64,000 nucleotides of DNA from NCBI RefSeq assembly GCF_036971445.1, contig NC_091476.1, positions 141,174,001 through 141,238,000 of the forward strand. Reading direction: 5' to 3'. This document shows positions 12,104-25,529 of this stretch, piece by piece (position 1 is the stretch's first letter; the number at the start of each line of letters is the position of its first letter). The notes below the pieces were generated by a model, which was not told where the DNA came from, did no database searches, and worked only from the letters and a program-made list of their open reading frames with translations. A program made the translations under genes and the position numbers. Source of the DNA: Narcine bancroftii (taxonomy: Eukaryota).

Positions 12104-13140
12104 GTAAGTACTGGAGCATCCCCAGAACAGTTTGAAAACTGAACAGGTAGGGAGAATTAACAATCTTTGAGTCCACGTGGCTTCTTTGATATTGACCTGG
12201 TACTCTGAAAATTAAATTCCCTTTACCGTTTCTCTCCTTTCCTAGTAATCGCGATTATATGTTCAGTTTTAGTGAAAAATGTTTACTTAAAAGAACCCTT
12301 GCTGTGTAAATAATAAGTTTCCCAGTGCCCCTGCATGGGTCGTGAGATGAGAGGCAGCAAGACAGTGATTGAAAGGCCAGTATTCCTGGCTATAGTGCTG
12401 CAGTGTTCCTGGCTGGTCTGACAAGCAACTGAGAGGAGTAAGCAAAAAGAGCAAAGTACAGTTGGTGAGAGACCATAAATTCAGTGTTCCTACCACTGGG
12501 TTGTGGGCTACCTAGTTGGAACAGTGGTAATGTTCCTTGTTACCTCCTCTCCAACCCTGGCTCTCTCTGTCCACCATCCGTCACCCCTCAGTCCACCTAT
12601 CACCTCCTGGCCCCTGTCTGATGCCTCCTCCCCTCTTTATACCGACGGTCTTCCCCTTCCACTTTGTTCTGGCGCAGGATCTCAACCCCAAATGTCGACA
12701 ATTTCACCGAGTTGCCGCAGCAGTTTGTTCTTTAGTCACACATTTTGACAGTTATACATAATTTTTTAAAGAAGAATTCATTCTCTGTTTAGTTTTTTTA
12801 CTTTTTATGCTCCTATTCTGATTGATCTGATAGCAGCCAATTTTTAAAAAAAAATGAACTGTGATAAATGGTTTGAGTTTGAAACAACCATTCTTTCTCT
12901 CCCACTAATACCGCTTGACCTGCCAAGTTCCTCCAGCAGAGTGTGTGTAGCTTGGGTAGAGGATCTGCTGAATTTTTTTCAGTGAACAATATCACCTTGT
13001 ATCCTACTTCTAACAATGCAGTCTAGCATTCAAAATCAGCATTTTAGTGGGAAATTTGTGTTCAGGTTATTGTTTAATATTTCATATTACAGGTATTTAA
13101 TATAATCAGTAGTCTAATATATATTTTTTCCCCTTGTAAG

Positions 13141-13177
13141 GTGGGGAGAAGAATTTGATTTGGCCAAGCATCCACAG
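13141..13177 (+). CDS. ZBTB8OS: Archease exon 6
   Basis: ttttttccccttgtaag|G WGEEFDLAKHPQ|gtgaga. Confidence 0.95.
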
Positions 13178-13234
13178 GTGAGATGCATCTGAATTGTGTC
13201 CAACTATTAATAAAGTTCTGCAGAGATCTGTTCT

Positions 13235-14230
13235 GGGACATAGATGAAGAGGGGGAAGGACGGGTCGGTAAGTTTGCAGATGATACAAAAGTTGGAGGAG
13301 TTGTGGATGGTGCTGAAGGTTGTCATGGGTTACAAAAGGATATGGGCAGGATGAAGAGTTGAGCAGAAAAGTGGCAGATGGAGTTCAATCCTGATAAGTG
13401 TGAAATGATGCATTTTGGAAGGTCATTTTGAGTACAGGGTTAATGGTTAAGAATGTGATAACTTAAGAATGTGGATGAACAGAGGGACCTTAGGATCCAA
13501 TCCATACATCGCACAAGTTGATAGGATAGTTAAGAAGGCCTTTGGGATGCTGGGCTTCATTAATGAGAGATTGAGTTCAAGAGTCTAGAGGTCTTGTTGC
13601 AACTCTACAAATCTCTGGTGAGACCATGCTTGGAGTATTGTGTTCAGTTCTGGTCACCCCATTATAAGAAGGATGTGGAAGCTATGGAGAGGGTGCAGAG
13701 ATTTACCACAATGTTGCCTGGATTAGTAAATGTCTTAATGGATTTTAGGCCGCTGATTGTGAAAATCATCTTAAAATTACCCTATCATGTACTGTTTTTA
13801 GATTTAATCTATTTGGTGACATATTTTGGCTAGTATATTGCCCAAAAAGCTAGATGTTTTGGTCAGTCCAAGCATGCCTGGGAAGATACTCAGGGCAGGT
13901 GCTTTGCAAATGGCCTGGAAAACATTTAATGATGTTGGCAGAGCTGGGATTTTTCTCTTTGGAGTGAAGAAGGATAAGAAGTGACTTAATAAAGGACTAC
14001 AAGATTATGAGAAGCATAGATAAAGTGGACAGCCAGCACCTTTTTCCCAGGGCAGAAGTAGTAAACACCAGGGGTCATCTGTACAATGTGAAGGGAGGAA
14101 AATTTGGGGGAGACATCAGGGGAAAGTTTTTTTTAACACAGATTTGTGGCTGCTTGGAATGCCTTCCCAGGGATGGTGGAGGCTGAAACATTAGGATAAT
14201 TTAAGGGACTCTTAGACAGGCCCATGGACA
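13235..14230 (+). mobile_element. CR1 LINE RT/3' region (outer host of the nested stack; tail resumes at ~18810-18920)
   Basis: KFADDTKVGG..., LQLYKSLVRPCLEYCVQFWSPHYKKDVEAMERVQ; breaks at cttagacaggcccatggac and resumes as tggatgaaagaaaaatagagggttatg. Confidence 0.8.
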
Positions 14231-14549
14231 AGTGTATGTCCACGCGCACATACTGAGTGTTCCCCAACCAGAACACTTGAATGAATCAGAGGATTGACAA
14301 CCTGCTGACGGCAAGAACAAGGGCTTTTAAGGCCGGGGATCTAGATCTCTACAAGAAGTCCAGGTACAACCTGCGGAAGACCATCTCTGAAGCAAAGTGG
14401 CAATTCTGGAGGAAGCTAGAGACATGCCAGCTATGGCAAGGAGTGCAGGCTATTTTAGCCTACAAAGCAAGGGTGAACACCATAGATAGTTGTGATCCTT
14501 CATTGCCCAATGAGGTGAACACCTTCTACATCTGCTTTGAGAAGGAGAA

Positions 14550-17336
14550 TCGGGGTGGGGGGGGGGGGGGGGGCGGGGGGACACTTGGGGTTAAGGGAAT
14601 TTTAGATGTGGGAATGGTTGAAATATTTTATGTTTTAGAAGTGTCATACAGTGCATTCAAAAAAAGAAAACTGAGAAATGGAAATGGGGAAAAGGGGAAA
14701 GGTGGTGGTGAGGAAGCGGAAATGAGATGTAAACAAAGTATGAAATGGCCATGTTGAACTATATGACTATAAATATTAATGGAATACATAACCAAATCAA
14801 AAGGAAGAGGCTATTAAATTTACTGAAAAAAGAAAAAATGGATATAGTATTCGTGCAGGAAACGCATCTCACTGAAGTGGAACACAATAAATTAAGGAGA
14901 GACTGGGTAGGGGACGTAACGGCAGCATCATATAATTCAAAAGCTAGAGGTGTAGCTATATTAATCAATAAAAATGTACCAATCAAAATAAAGGAGGAAA
15001 TAATAGATCCAGCAGGGAGATACGTAATGTTAAAATGTCAATTATATTCAGAACTCTGGAATTTGGTCAATATATATGCACCTAATTGCAGAGGTCGACA
15101 GCATCGAGTCCACGCTGCTGAAGATCCAGCTGCGCTGGAAGGGTCACGTCTCCAGAATGGAGGACCATGCCTTCCCAAGATCCTGTTATATGGCGAGCTC
15201 TCCACTGGCCACCGTGACAGAGGTGCACCAAAGAAAAGGTACAAGGACTGCCTAAAGAAATCTCTTGGTGCCTGCCACATTGACCACCGCCAGTGGGCTG
15301 ATAACGCCTCAAACCGTGCATCTTGGCGCCTCACAGTTTGGCGGGCAGCAACCTCCTTTGAAGAAGACCGCAGAGCCCACCTCACTGACAAAAGGCAAAG
15401 GAGGAAAAACCCAACACCCAACCCCAACCAACCAATTTTCCCTTGCAACCGCTGCAATCGTGTCTGCCTGTCCCGCATCGGACTTGTCAGCCACAAACGA
15501 GCCTGCAGCTGACGTGGACTTTTTACCCCCTCCATAAATCTTCGTCCGCGAAGCCAAGCCAAAGAAAGAATGAAGAGGATCAAAAATTTATGCAAGATAT
15601 TTTTTTTTGTGAAGATTGTAGATACGCAGGGGAATATATTGATAGGAGGGGACTTTAACCTTAATTTGGATTCAAAGATGGATAAAACTGGACAAAAGAC
15701 TAGCGGAAAGAACAAAGTAGCTAAATTTATGGTTAAATCAATGCAGGAAATGCTACTTTTGGATATATGGAGAAGACAACACCCAAAGGAGAAGGAATAC
15801 TCATATTATTCGAGTAGACATAAAACATACCTGTTCCTGTTGGTAGCTCATATTCAAGGGAGAGTTAGGAAAACTGAATATAAAGCTAGATTGTTTTCGG
15901 ATCACTCATCCCTGTTATCAGCAATAGAGGTGGAGGACATCCCACCAAGAACGTATAGATGGAGATTAAACTCCATGCTGCTTAAAAGACAGGATTTTAG
16001 AGAATTTATTGAGCGCCAAATTAAAATGTACTTTGAAATAAATACGGAATCAGTGAAAGACAAATTTATGGGATGCAATGAAAGCCTTCATCAGAGGACA
16101 GATAATAAGTTATGTAACTAAGATGAAGAAGGACTACAATCGGGAAATAGAACAGCTGGAAAGGGAAATAGTAAGTACAGAAAAAGAACTAGCCACAAGG
16201 GAAGATGCAACAAAAAGAAGAGAATTGGCAGACAAAAAAAAACCGAAACACTACAAACGTACAAGGTGAAGAATAACATAAAGATAAAGTAGAAGTATTA
16301 TGAGCTAGGAGAAAAAAACACACAAAATACTAGCTTGGCAGCTTTAAACAGAACAAGCTAAAAGAAAGGTATTGGCATCAAGGAAAAAGGACAAACAAAT
16401 GACATATAACCCAACGGAGATCAATGAAAACTTCAAGGAATTCTACGAGCAATTATACCGAACTGAGAATGAAGGGAAAGAAGACAAAATAGATGAGTTT
16501 TTAGCTAAAATTGAACTACCGAAATTGCAAGAAAAGAAGCAAAACAAATTGATAAAACCATTTGAAATAGAGGAAATACAGGATATATTAAAAAAGCTAT
16601 CAAACAATAAAACGCCTGGAGAGGACAGACTCCAATAGAATTCTATAAAACATTTAAAGACTTATTAATTCCTCCTCTCCTGGAAGTAATGAACCAGATA
16701 GAAGAAACACAAAACATACCAGATTCATGTAAAACAGCAATAATTACAGTAATACCAAAGACGGGGAAAGATCCGCTAACACCAGCATCGTATAGTCCAA
16801 TATCTCTACTTAACTCAGATTATAAGATAATAGCAAAACTATTAGCAAACAGATTGGCTGACTGTGTACCAAAAATAGTAAAACTAAATCAAACTAGATT
16901 TATTAAGAAAAGACGAACAATGGACAATATCTGTAAGTTCATTAACTTAAACCATGCAGTACAGGGAAATAAGATGCCAATAGTGGCGGTTGCTTTAGAT
17001 GCCTTTGACAGGGTAGAATGGAATTATTTATTCAAAGTATTACAGAGTTCAACCTGCCAGAGAAATATATTAATTGGATTAAAGCATTAAATAAGGGACC
17101 ATTGGCGAAGGTGACAGTAAATGGATATATATCGAACCAATTTAAATTAAGCAAGTCAACTAGGTAGGGATGTCCACTATCTCCCTCACAGTTCGCTTTA
17201 GCTATAAAACCCTTGGCAGAATTGATAAGAACAAAATAAAATAAAAGGGATAAAAATAAAAGAGAAGGAATATAAAATCAGTCTATTTGCAGATGACATC
17301 ATAGTATACTTAACAGAACCAGAATTATCAATAAAA
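14550..17336 (+). mobile_element. L1-clade LINE fragment: ORF2 APE endonuclease and N-part of RT, frameshifted
   Basis: MLNYMTININGI...QETHL...NIYAPN...GGDFN...SDH...PISLLNSDYKIIAK...GCPLSP...LFADDII; flanked by 11-bp direct repeat GAGAAGGAGAA (14539-14549, 17337-17347). Confidence 0.9.
15087..15568 (+). mobile_element. RTE-clade LINE, 5'-truncated young copy inside L1
   Basis: LPKILLYGELSTGHRDRGAPKKRYKD...CNRCNRVCLSRIGLVSHKRACS; AAAG tail; interrupts L1 codons NIYAPN|EEDQKF with only an AAT duplication. Confidence 0.92.
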
Positions 17337-18956
17337 GAGAAGGAGAACCAAACAGTGCCTACTAGAATCCATGCAAAGGCTGAGGACCCTGTGATATCTG
17401 TCTCTGAGGATGATGTCAGAACATCTTTGCAAGGTGTCGGGCCCTAATGGTCAACCTGGCAGGGTATTAAAAATTAGTGCCGACCAACTAGCCAGAGTGT
17501 TCACAGATATTTTCAACCTTTCATTGCTCCAGTCGGAGGTTCTCACCTGCTTCAAAAGGGCATCAATCATCCCTGTGCCCAAGAAGAAGAGTCTGATCTG
17601 CATCAATGACTATCATCCAATAGAACTAACTTCTACTGTGATGAAATGTTTGAGAGGCTGGTCATACCCAGAATTAACACTAAGTAAAGATCAGGACCCT
17701 CTGCAATTTCCCTATCATCACAATCGCTCCACAGCAGATGCAATATCACCTCGAAAACAGAAATTCATACATGTGGCTACTCTTCGATTACAGCTCACCC
17801 TTCAATACCATTATTCCATCAGTACTGATCAAGAAGCTACAAACTCTGGCCTCTTTACCCCCTCCCCCCCGCAACTGGATACTTGACTTTCTCATCTGAA
17901 GACCATAGTACGTATTGGAAGCAACGTCTCCTCCTCGCTGATTATTAACGCAGGCACACCCCAAAGATGTGTGCTTAGCTCATTATGTACCCATGACTGT
18001 GGTCAGGCACAATTCCAATGCTATCTGTAAGTTTACCGATGACATTGGTTGGCAGAATCACAAACAGCACTGAGGAAGCGTCCAGGAGGGAGATAGATCA
18101 GCTCGTTCAATGGTGTAATGACAACAACCTTGCACTCAATGTTAGCAGAATCAAGGTGATGATTATGGACTTCAGGAGGAAGTCAGGGGAACACAAGCCA
18201 GTCCTCATCAATGGCTTAATAGTGGAGAGGGTTAAGAACTTCAAATTCCTGGGTCTCATTTACTCCAAGGATCCGTCCTGGAGCTTCCTTGTCGATGCAG
18301 TCATGAAGAGAGCTCACCAGCAGCTATACTTTGTGAAGTGTTCGAGGAGATTCGATAGGTCACGGAAGACTCTCAAAAACTTCGACAGCTGTACTATGGA
18401 GAGCATTCTGGCTGGTGACATCACTGTCTGGTATGGAGGCGCAAAATCTCAGGACAAGGAAGAACTCCAGATGGTTGTTAACTCTGCGACATCCCAGGCA
18501 CCAGACTTCACTCCATCGAGGACATCTACATGAAGCGATGTCTTCTCCTCAAAGACCCCCCACTACCTAAGCTATGCCCTCTTCACTCTGCTACCATTGG
18601 GGGGGAAAAAAGTGCAGGAGTCTAAAGACAAACACTCAGCGGCACAAGGACAGCTTCTTTCCCTCTGCCATCAGATTCCTGAATAATCAATGAACCAATG
18701 GCTGCCTTGGTTTTTGTGAATTTTTTAAATATATGGTTTATAATATGAATGTTTCAACTATGACGCTGCTGTAGATCACATGACTTGTTCATGACGATAA
18801 ATCCTGAGTGTGGATGAAAGAAAAATAGAGGGTTATGAGGAAGGGTGTTTTTTTTAGTAGGAATATATAGGTCAGCACAACATGGAAGGCCAAAGTACCT
18901 ATACTGTGCTGTGGTGTTCTAAATTTTAATCTAATTTCTTCTGTTTACACTGGCAG

Positions 18957-19043
18957 GGCACTGAAGTGAAAGCTATCACATACTCAGCAATGCAGATACA
19001 TGAGGAGGAATCAGCTCAAATATTTGTTATTATAGATATTTGA
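18957..19043 (+). CDS. ZBTB8OS: Archease exon 7 (last coding exon)
   Basis: ggcag|GTEVKAITYSAMQIHEEESAQIFVIIDI-TGA; KAITY and terminal DI motifs; total CDS 489 nt = 162 aa. Confidence 0.95.
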   Translation, partial: GTEVKAITYSAMQIHEEESAQIFVIIDI

Positions 19044-20879
19044 TTTTATTTCCATTTTTTGATGATTGGAAATTGTGTACAAAGTATTTGTTTTTCAATC
19101 ATTTGTAATTGGTGTGGGAAACGTAGTAATATCAGGCAGACTCTACTAACAATGTGATCTTTAATTTATTAAAGTAAATACATCAAACTGATGCACTATG
19201 TAGTGTGACTAGAATGGTAATGTGACTGCATTCTGGATAAATATGTCCATCACTTGGAATAATTGATCAGTTGCAAATAATGAAACACTTAATTCACTTA
19301 ATTTTCACATTTCTGAAATCGGTGGCTGTTTTTTCTTTGATCGGGCTCACAATCCAGCCATCTGTTTGGTATGCTTGTGGATTGAATGTTGGTAGTTGAG
19401 AATACTGGGCAATTATTTTACACTGGTTACATTTTTTTGTGTACCTGACACAGTGTTTAGAAAGGGAAAGAAACCAGACTGAGGAAAGTGAAGGTCTGGC
19501 TTATTGCGGGTGGAGTGAGCTAACCAACAGGACGTTGTGGTGCCTCTTACAATCCATGCGGATGACATGGAGGATTTGGAATAAAACCTGAACAACAATC
19601 AAACTTAAAACAAGGAGAAACACCATTAAGCCACTGCTGAAAGCTTCCAGTGGTCATAGATGGTGACTTTTTAATCTGCACATAAATGGTTTGGGCAAAA
19701 AACAAAAGTCTTGAGTGCTGGAAATCTGAGAAAAGAAGCTGTAAATTCTCAGAAGATCAGGTAATGCCCAGTGGATGGAAGGAAATAGGGAACATATGAT
19801 GATGGATCATTGACGTGCTCAGTTTGATTCAAATTGGAAAGGCTGGTAGACTGGACACTAAATATGTTAATATATTGATGTCCAGAGGCTGTAATCTGCC
19901 TGTTTGTCAAGCTTGTAAATGAGGAGTGTGCAGGTACTGGAGAAGGGGAACAATACGCGAATGCTGGAGGAACTCAGCAGATCACGTGACATCTCTTTGG
20001 AATGCTGCCTGACCTACTGAGTTCCTCCAGCACTTTGTGTACTATTTGTTAAGCTTATGCTCAGCTTCATCGAATCAGGTTAGGAAGCCAACTCCTTAAC
20101 ATTTTAGATCCATCTCAGTCTACAAGACACATATTACATTCAGCATTTCTTGAGTCACTTTGCAATCCAGATGTAATCCCATTTAATAGCACATATCTGT
20201 TCTTCCTCTCAAATATCTTTTGTATCATTATACAGTAAATGCTTTGTTATTCATCGTTATGAAAGTCTTAATGCAAAGCTATGCAAAATGTTTGTCCATT
20301 CTGTCAACAAATTAAAACTACATAAAGTAACAGCCAACAGAGTCTGATCTGATGGATTAAAGAGATCTAAATTTGGAATATCGCAGTTCTTTCTTTGGGT
20401 CCTTGGTGGTAGAAGGAATGGTTTTGGGAAATATTGTCAGAGTGGTCTGAGCAAATCATGGGTGGGTATTTTATTGATGGAATATGCTGCAACCAAAGCT
20501 GGAATGAATGGACATGTAGGTTGGATGAAATATCATTCAAGTGGTTTTCCAATCAATTGGATTTAAATTGGAGAATATCAAGCTTCTTGAATATAACTAG
20601 AACTGCACTCATTCAGGTCAATGGAGATTGTTCCACTGCACACATGACTTCCTTTCAGAAAATCACAAGAGGGGGATCAGAGGTGGAGAGGATGAGCAAA
20701 TGTAGGTTCTTGGGAGTCACTATCTCGGAAGATTTTTCCTGGAACCAACACACCAATGGCATCACGAAGAAAGCCTCTACTTCCTCAGGAGTTTGCAGAG
20801 GAGCTAGTGGAGTTGTTCAAGTGAACAGGTACGGACTTGAAGGGCCGACATGGCCTGTTTTCATGCTGTCAATGGTTAT

Positions 20880-23275
20880 ATGATTATCCACACTATCCAA
20901 ATGCTTTGAGAGTGCCTCCACCAGGCAGTTTATTCCCTGGAACAGCCAGGTAGTGCAGGGCACCCCTTTGCTCATCCCCCTCAATAACAAATATACTATT
21001 TTGGATAGTGTTGCGGGGGGGAGGGGGGAATGACCTACCAGAGACAAGCCACAAGAAGGGAAGGGACAAGAAGAGGCGAGCTGCAGTGTTAGGGGATTCC
21101 ATAGTTAGGGGGACAGATAAGAGGTTCTGTGGAAGAGATCAAGTATCCCGGATGGTATGTTGCCTCCATAATGCCAGGGTCCAAGATATCTCAGATTGAG
21201 TTCACAGCATTCTCAGGAGGGAGGGTGAGTAGTCAGATGTCAGGGTTTTGAACAGTGAGGAGGTCCTCCAAGGAGAGTTCAGGGAGTTAGGCTCTAGGTT
21301 GTAGGACCAGATCTCCAGGGTTGTGATCTCAGGATTACTACCCATGCCATGTGCCAGTGAGGTTAGAAAAAGGAGGAAAATGCAGCTTAATACATGGCTA
21401 AAAACATGGTGCTGGAGGGGGGACTTCAGGTTTCTATATCATTGGACTTTCTTCTAGGGAATGTGGGACCTGTTCCGACGAGATAGTTTGAATCTGAACT
21501 GAAGGGGACTAATATCCTTGCGGGAAGGTTTGCTAGAGTTGCTCTTGTGGGTTTAAACTAGATTTGCAGGGGGTGAGAACCAGAGTGCCAGATCAAATAG
21601 AGGAGTAGAGGAAGGAAAAGATGATGTTAAAATTACATGCACCATTGGAAGACTCGTTTGTACATGGTGGAAATTTTCTACAGTGCATCTATTTCATTGC
21701 AAGTATTGTAGGAAAGGCAGACAAGCTTAGAATGTGGATTGGCACGTGGAATAAGACATTATGGTCATTAGTGAAATTTGGTTGCAGGAGGGGCAAGGTT
21801 GGCAACTTAATGTTCCCGGCTTCCGTTGCTTTAGAATAGGGTGAGGGGATGAAAGAGAAGGAGGAGGAGGAGTGGCATTGCTTGTCAGGGAAAATATCAC
21901 AGCTGTGCTCAGGCAGGATAGACCAGAGGGCTCATTTACTGAGGCTATATGGGTAGAGCTGAGGAACAGGAAAGGGATGACCACAATCATGGGGTTGTAT
22001 TATAGTCTGCCCAAAAGCCAATGGGAATTGGAGAAAATCTGTGGAAAGATAGCAGACAGCTGCAGGAAACAGAAGGTTGTGATAGTAGGGGATTTTAATA
22101 TTCCACATTTTGACTGGGACTCTAAATCAATATATAGAGGTACCAACTGGATAGAGTGCAATACTGGATCTCCTTTTAAGGAATGAGACAGGACAGGTGA
22201 CAGATGTATGTGTAGGGTAACATTTTGGGTCCAGTGATCATAATGCCATTAGTTTCAGTGAATTGAGGAGAAGGATAAGTCTGGGCCTTGCGTTGATATT
22301 CTAAATTGGAGAAAGGCCAAAGATCTAGAATGCGTGGATTGGGATGTTGTTTTCAGGCAAAAGATGTGTGAGGTAAGTGGAGGACCATCACAGGTGAAAT
22401 TTTGTGGGTAAAGAGTTTGTATGTCCCTGTCAGGATTAAAGGCAAGGTTAGAAGGCATAGGGAACCTTGGTTTTCAAGGGATATTGCGGATCTGGTTCGG
22501 AAGAAGAGAAGTGCACAACAGGTATAGGTCACATGGGGCAAAAGAGGTACTTGGGGAGTGTAAAAAATGTAAAAACCTTCAAGAATTAAAGCAGAAAGGC
22601 AAAAATAAAAGATGAGGTTTTTTAGGCAGACAATGTGAAGGAAAATCCTAAGGTATATTAAGACCAAAAGGATAGTAAGGGACAAAATTGGTCCCCCTGA
22701 AGATCAGAGTGGTTGGCTTTGTATGGAGCCAAAAGTGATGGGGGAGATTTAAAAAAAAATCTTCAGTATTCACTCAGAAGATTGGCACAGAGTCATGGGT
22801 AGTAAGGAAAACAAGCAATGAGGTCATGGTACCTATACAGATTAAAGAGGAGAAAGTGCTTGCTACCTTAAAGCAAATAAGTGTGGATAAATCCCCAGGG
22901 CCTGACAAGGTATTCTCTTGGACCTTGATGGAGGCTACTGTAGAAATTGCAGAGGCTCAGGCAGAAATATTTTAAATGTCCTTAGCCACAGGTGTGGTGC
23001 CAGAGGATTGGAGGGTAGTTCACATTGTTCCGTTGTTTAAAAAGTTTAGGGGGAACGTGAGTGGTGGGAGTGTGGAACGAGCTGCTAGCTGACGTGGTGA
23101 ATGGGGGCTCAATTTTAACATTTAAGAAGAATTTGGATAAGTACATGGATGGGAGAGATGTGGAGGACTATGCACTGGATGCAGGCAATGGAACTAGGCA
23201 AAAAAAAATGGTTTGGCACAGACGAGAAGGGCCAAAGGGATTTGTTTCTATGCTGTAGTTTTCTATGGTTCTGTG
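20880..23275 (+). mobile_element. CR1 LINE with ORF1 esterase and ORF2 endonuclease, internally deleted
   Basis: AVLGDSIVRGTDKRFC (GDSL/SGNH esterase), GGGVALLVRE...EAIWVELRN...VIVGDFN...SDHN...KSPGPD...PEDWR; jumps at ~23043 directly to the 3' end. Confidence 0.85.
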
Positions 23276-23509
23276 TGTTAAAGTTCTCCTCCTTACATTA
23301 CTGAGATATAGAACAAGGCAGCTGTTGGACTTCGAAATAAAAGAGAATGCTGGAAATATCCAGCAGTGTAGCCACAGCTGTGTCTAGGGAACCCCCTCAT
23401 TAATCATTACGTGCTGGAAATTTCTCATCTGAACTCGCCTATACAAACTGGAAAGGCTGGGTAGCTGAAATTGTTGAATTTAAATTATAAATTTTAATTT
23501 TAAATTAAT

Positions 23510-23705
23510 TTAGTCATGCAACATGGTAACATGCCCTTTCGGTCCATGAGCCCATGACACCTAATTATACCCCTGTTACATTTTGAATGGTGGGAGGAAA
23601 TTGACGCAGAGAATATACAAATTTCTTACAGACAGCGTGGGATTCAAACCCAGGTCCCGATCGCTGGGGATGTAACAGTGTTGCGCTAACCACTATGCTA
23701 ACTAT
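23510..23705 (-). mobile_element. tRNA-derived SINE
   Basis: Minus strand tagcatagtggttagcgc (A box) ... gggtttgaatccc (B box), followed by a LINE-like tail. Confidence 0.7.
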
Positions 23706-23799
23706 GGTTGAATTCAGTGTTGAATCCTGAGGGTCTCAGTCAGACCCTACGTTGATCTTGTTTGAAAAGTGCAAGAGGCCAAAGGAATGGGGCAGAGAA

Positions 23800-24660
23800 T
23801 TCACCTGAAGGCATTTCCAATAGGGGAGCTGAGTAGCAAGCAGGAGTACCTAAGTCTGCTCTTACATTACCAGACATTTCAGAAGATCTGGACTAGAAAA
23901 CTTCATCTTGAGAACAGATATGACAGAGACGGAGAAATTTCAAGAAGGGAATAGAATCCTTGCAGCGGACAAGAGTGTGAGGGAGTGTAGTCAAAGTAGT
24001 TGTGGGAAAGAGACAGTTGTGGGAAGGAGAAATATGGACAGGGAAAGTGGGGCTAACGGAAACCTGTGAAGTCAATGTTAATGTGATCTTATTGGAAGAT
24101 GTCCAGGTAGCATTTTGAAATGTTGATCCTCCAATTTGTGGGTGGTCTCAGTCTGGCAGTGCATGAGACTGTGGAGAGACAGGGAATGGGTGGCCACTGG
24201 GAGATCTTTGATATTGTGGTGGACAAAGACAATCTCCCAGTCTGTGCCCAGTTTCTCTGATGTAGAGGAGACTACAACGGGAGCACCAGATGCAGATGAC
24301 CCCTGCAGATTCACAAATGTTCCTTCACTTGTAAGGACTGTTTGGGGCCCCAAATGGTGGTGAGGGAGGAGGTGTACATTTCCTGTGGTCACAGTGGTAG
24401 GTCCCATAGGGATTATTAGTGGAGAGGGAGAAGTGAACAAGGGAGTCATGAAGGGAGCAGTCCCTGCGGAAAGCAGAGAGAGAGAAGGAAAGGAAAATAT
24501 GTGTCTGGTGGCAGCAACTGCCGGATAATATTTTAAATGAGGAGTCTGGTGGGGTGGTAGGTGAGAACAAGGGGAATCCTGTCCCTGTTGAATCATGGGT
24601 GGAGGGCCAGGGTAGTTGTGCAGGAAATGGAATTCTGTAATGGGGTGAGCACTCACCAAC
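23800..24660 (-). mobile_element. Penelope-like fragments
   Basis: CKDSIPF..FLRL..ICS and GIY-YIG region relics on the minus strand. Confidence 0.6.
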
Positions 24661-25529
24661 GTTTATATAGCTGCAACATGTCTTCTTGACACAAATTTTT
24701 ATAAAACACTGGAATTATGAGGGGAATCCATAAGGTTAATGGTCAGTCTTTTTCCCAGGGTGGAGAAGTCTGTGAGAGAGGAAAGATGGAAAGGGGACCT
24801 GCAGCTCAACCTTTTCACACGAGGGTGGTGGGCATTGGGAATGAATTGCCAGAAGAACCAGGAGAGGTGTGTGGGATTTCAATATTTGGGCAGGAGCACA
24901 GATGGATAGGAAAGGTTTCAAGTGACCAAAACATAATCTGCAGAAGGAATTCAGCCGGTTGAGTAGCATCAGTGGGAGAAAAATAACATTTAACTTGGTG
25001 TAGACTTGAACTAGAAATGTTAATCATTTTTCTCCACTGAGATCTTCCATCAGATTGTTGCTTGCTGGAGATTCTAGCAGCTGCCGTCTCGCGTGTAAGC
25101 CAAAGTTTAGAGGGATATGCATCAAACGCAGTCAAATGGGACAGCTTGGCTTGTGTGGAGGAGTTGGACCAAATGGCCTCCCCATCTTTGTCCATTTCCC
25201 TCTAGTTCTGTCTTTTTCACACTCTGTTCCTTTTCCCCTCAAAATCAATTTTCATCTTTCCTCTGATCATTTTTTGTCTGTTGGTCTGGATTCCTCCCTC
25301 TCCCATTCTTCCCCCTTTCTCTCTCTCTCCAGTCTTTAATCAAGACACCTGCCTAATTTTTACTTATACCTTGAAGAAGGGGTCAGGCCCAAAACGTCGG
25401 CAATATATCTTTGTCTCCTATGAAAGCTGCGAGACGGGTCAAGTTCCTCCAGTATTTCTGTTCATTTACAGTAATCACGGCTTCAGCCACGAAGATTTTC
25501 ATGTTTCTCCCTTTGTTTTCGGAATGTTA

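Larger units (their letters stand above)
14231..18805 (+). mobile_element. Rex1/Babar-type LINE, split by an L1 insertion at 14550-17336
   Basis: RAFKAGDLDLYKKSRYNLRKTISEAK...LPNEVNTFY before the insertion; ADQLARVFTDIFNLSLLQ...NDYHPIELTSTVMKC...DPLQF...WCNDNNLALNVS after it. Confidence 0.8.

Noticed and set aside
14745-15512. 255-aa ORF that looks like a novel endonuclease-zinc-finger fusion
   Set aside because: Chance read-through from the L1 endonuclease into an inserted RTE fragment
19413-19630. Non-repetitive stretch with a 61-aa minus-strand ORF downstream of archease
   Set aside because: No recognisable homology or splice signals; probably 3' UTR or decayed repeat
23600-23705. tRNA-like sequence
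   Set aside because: Has A/B boxes but no complete cloverleaf and continues into a SINE body; it is a SINE head, not a tRNA gene
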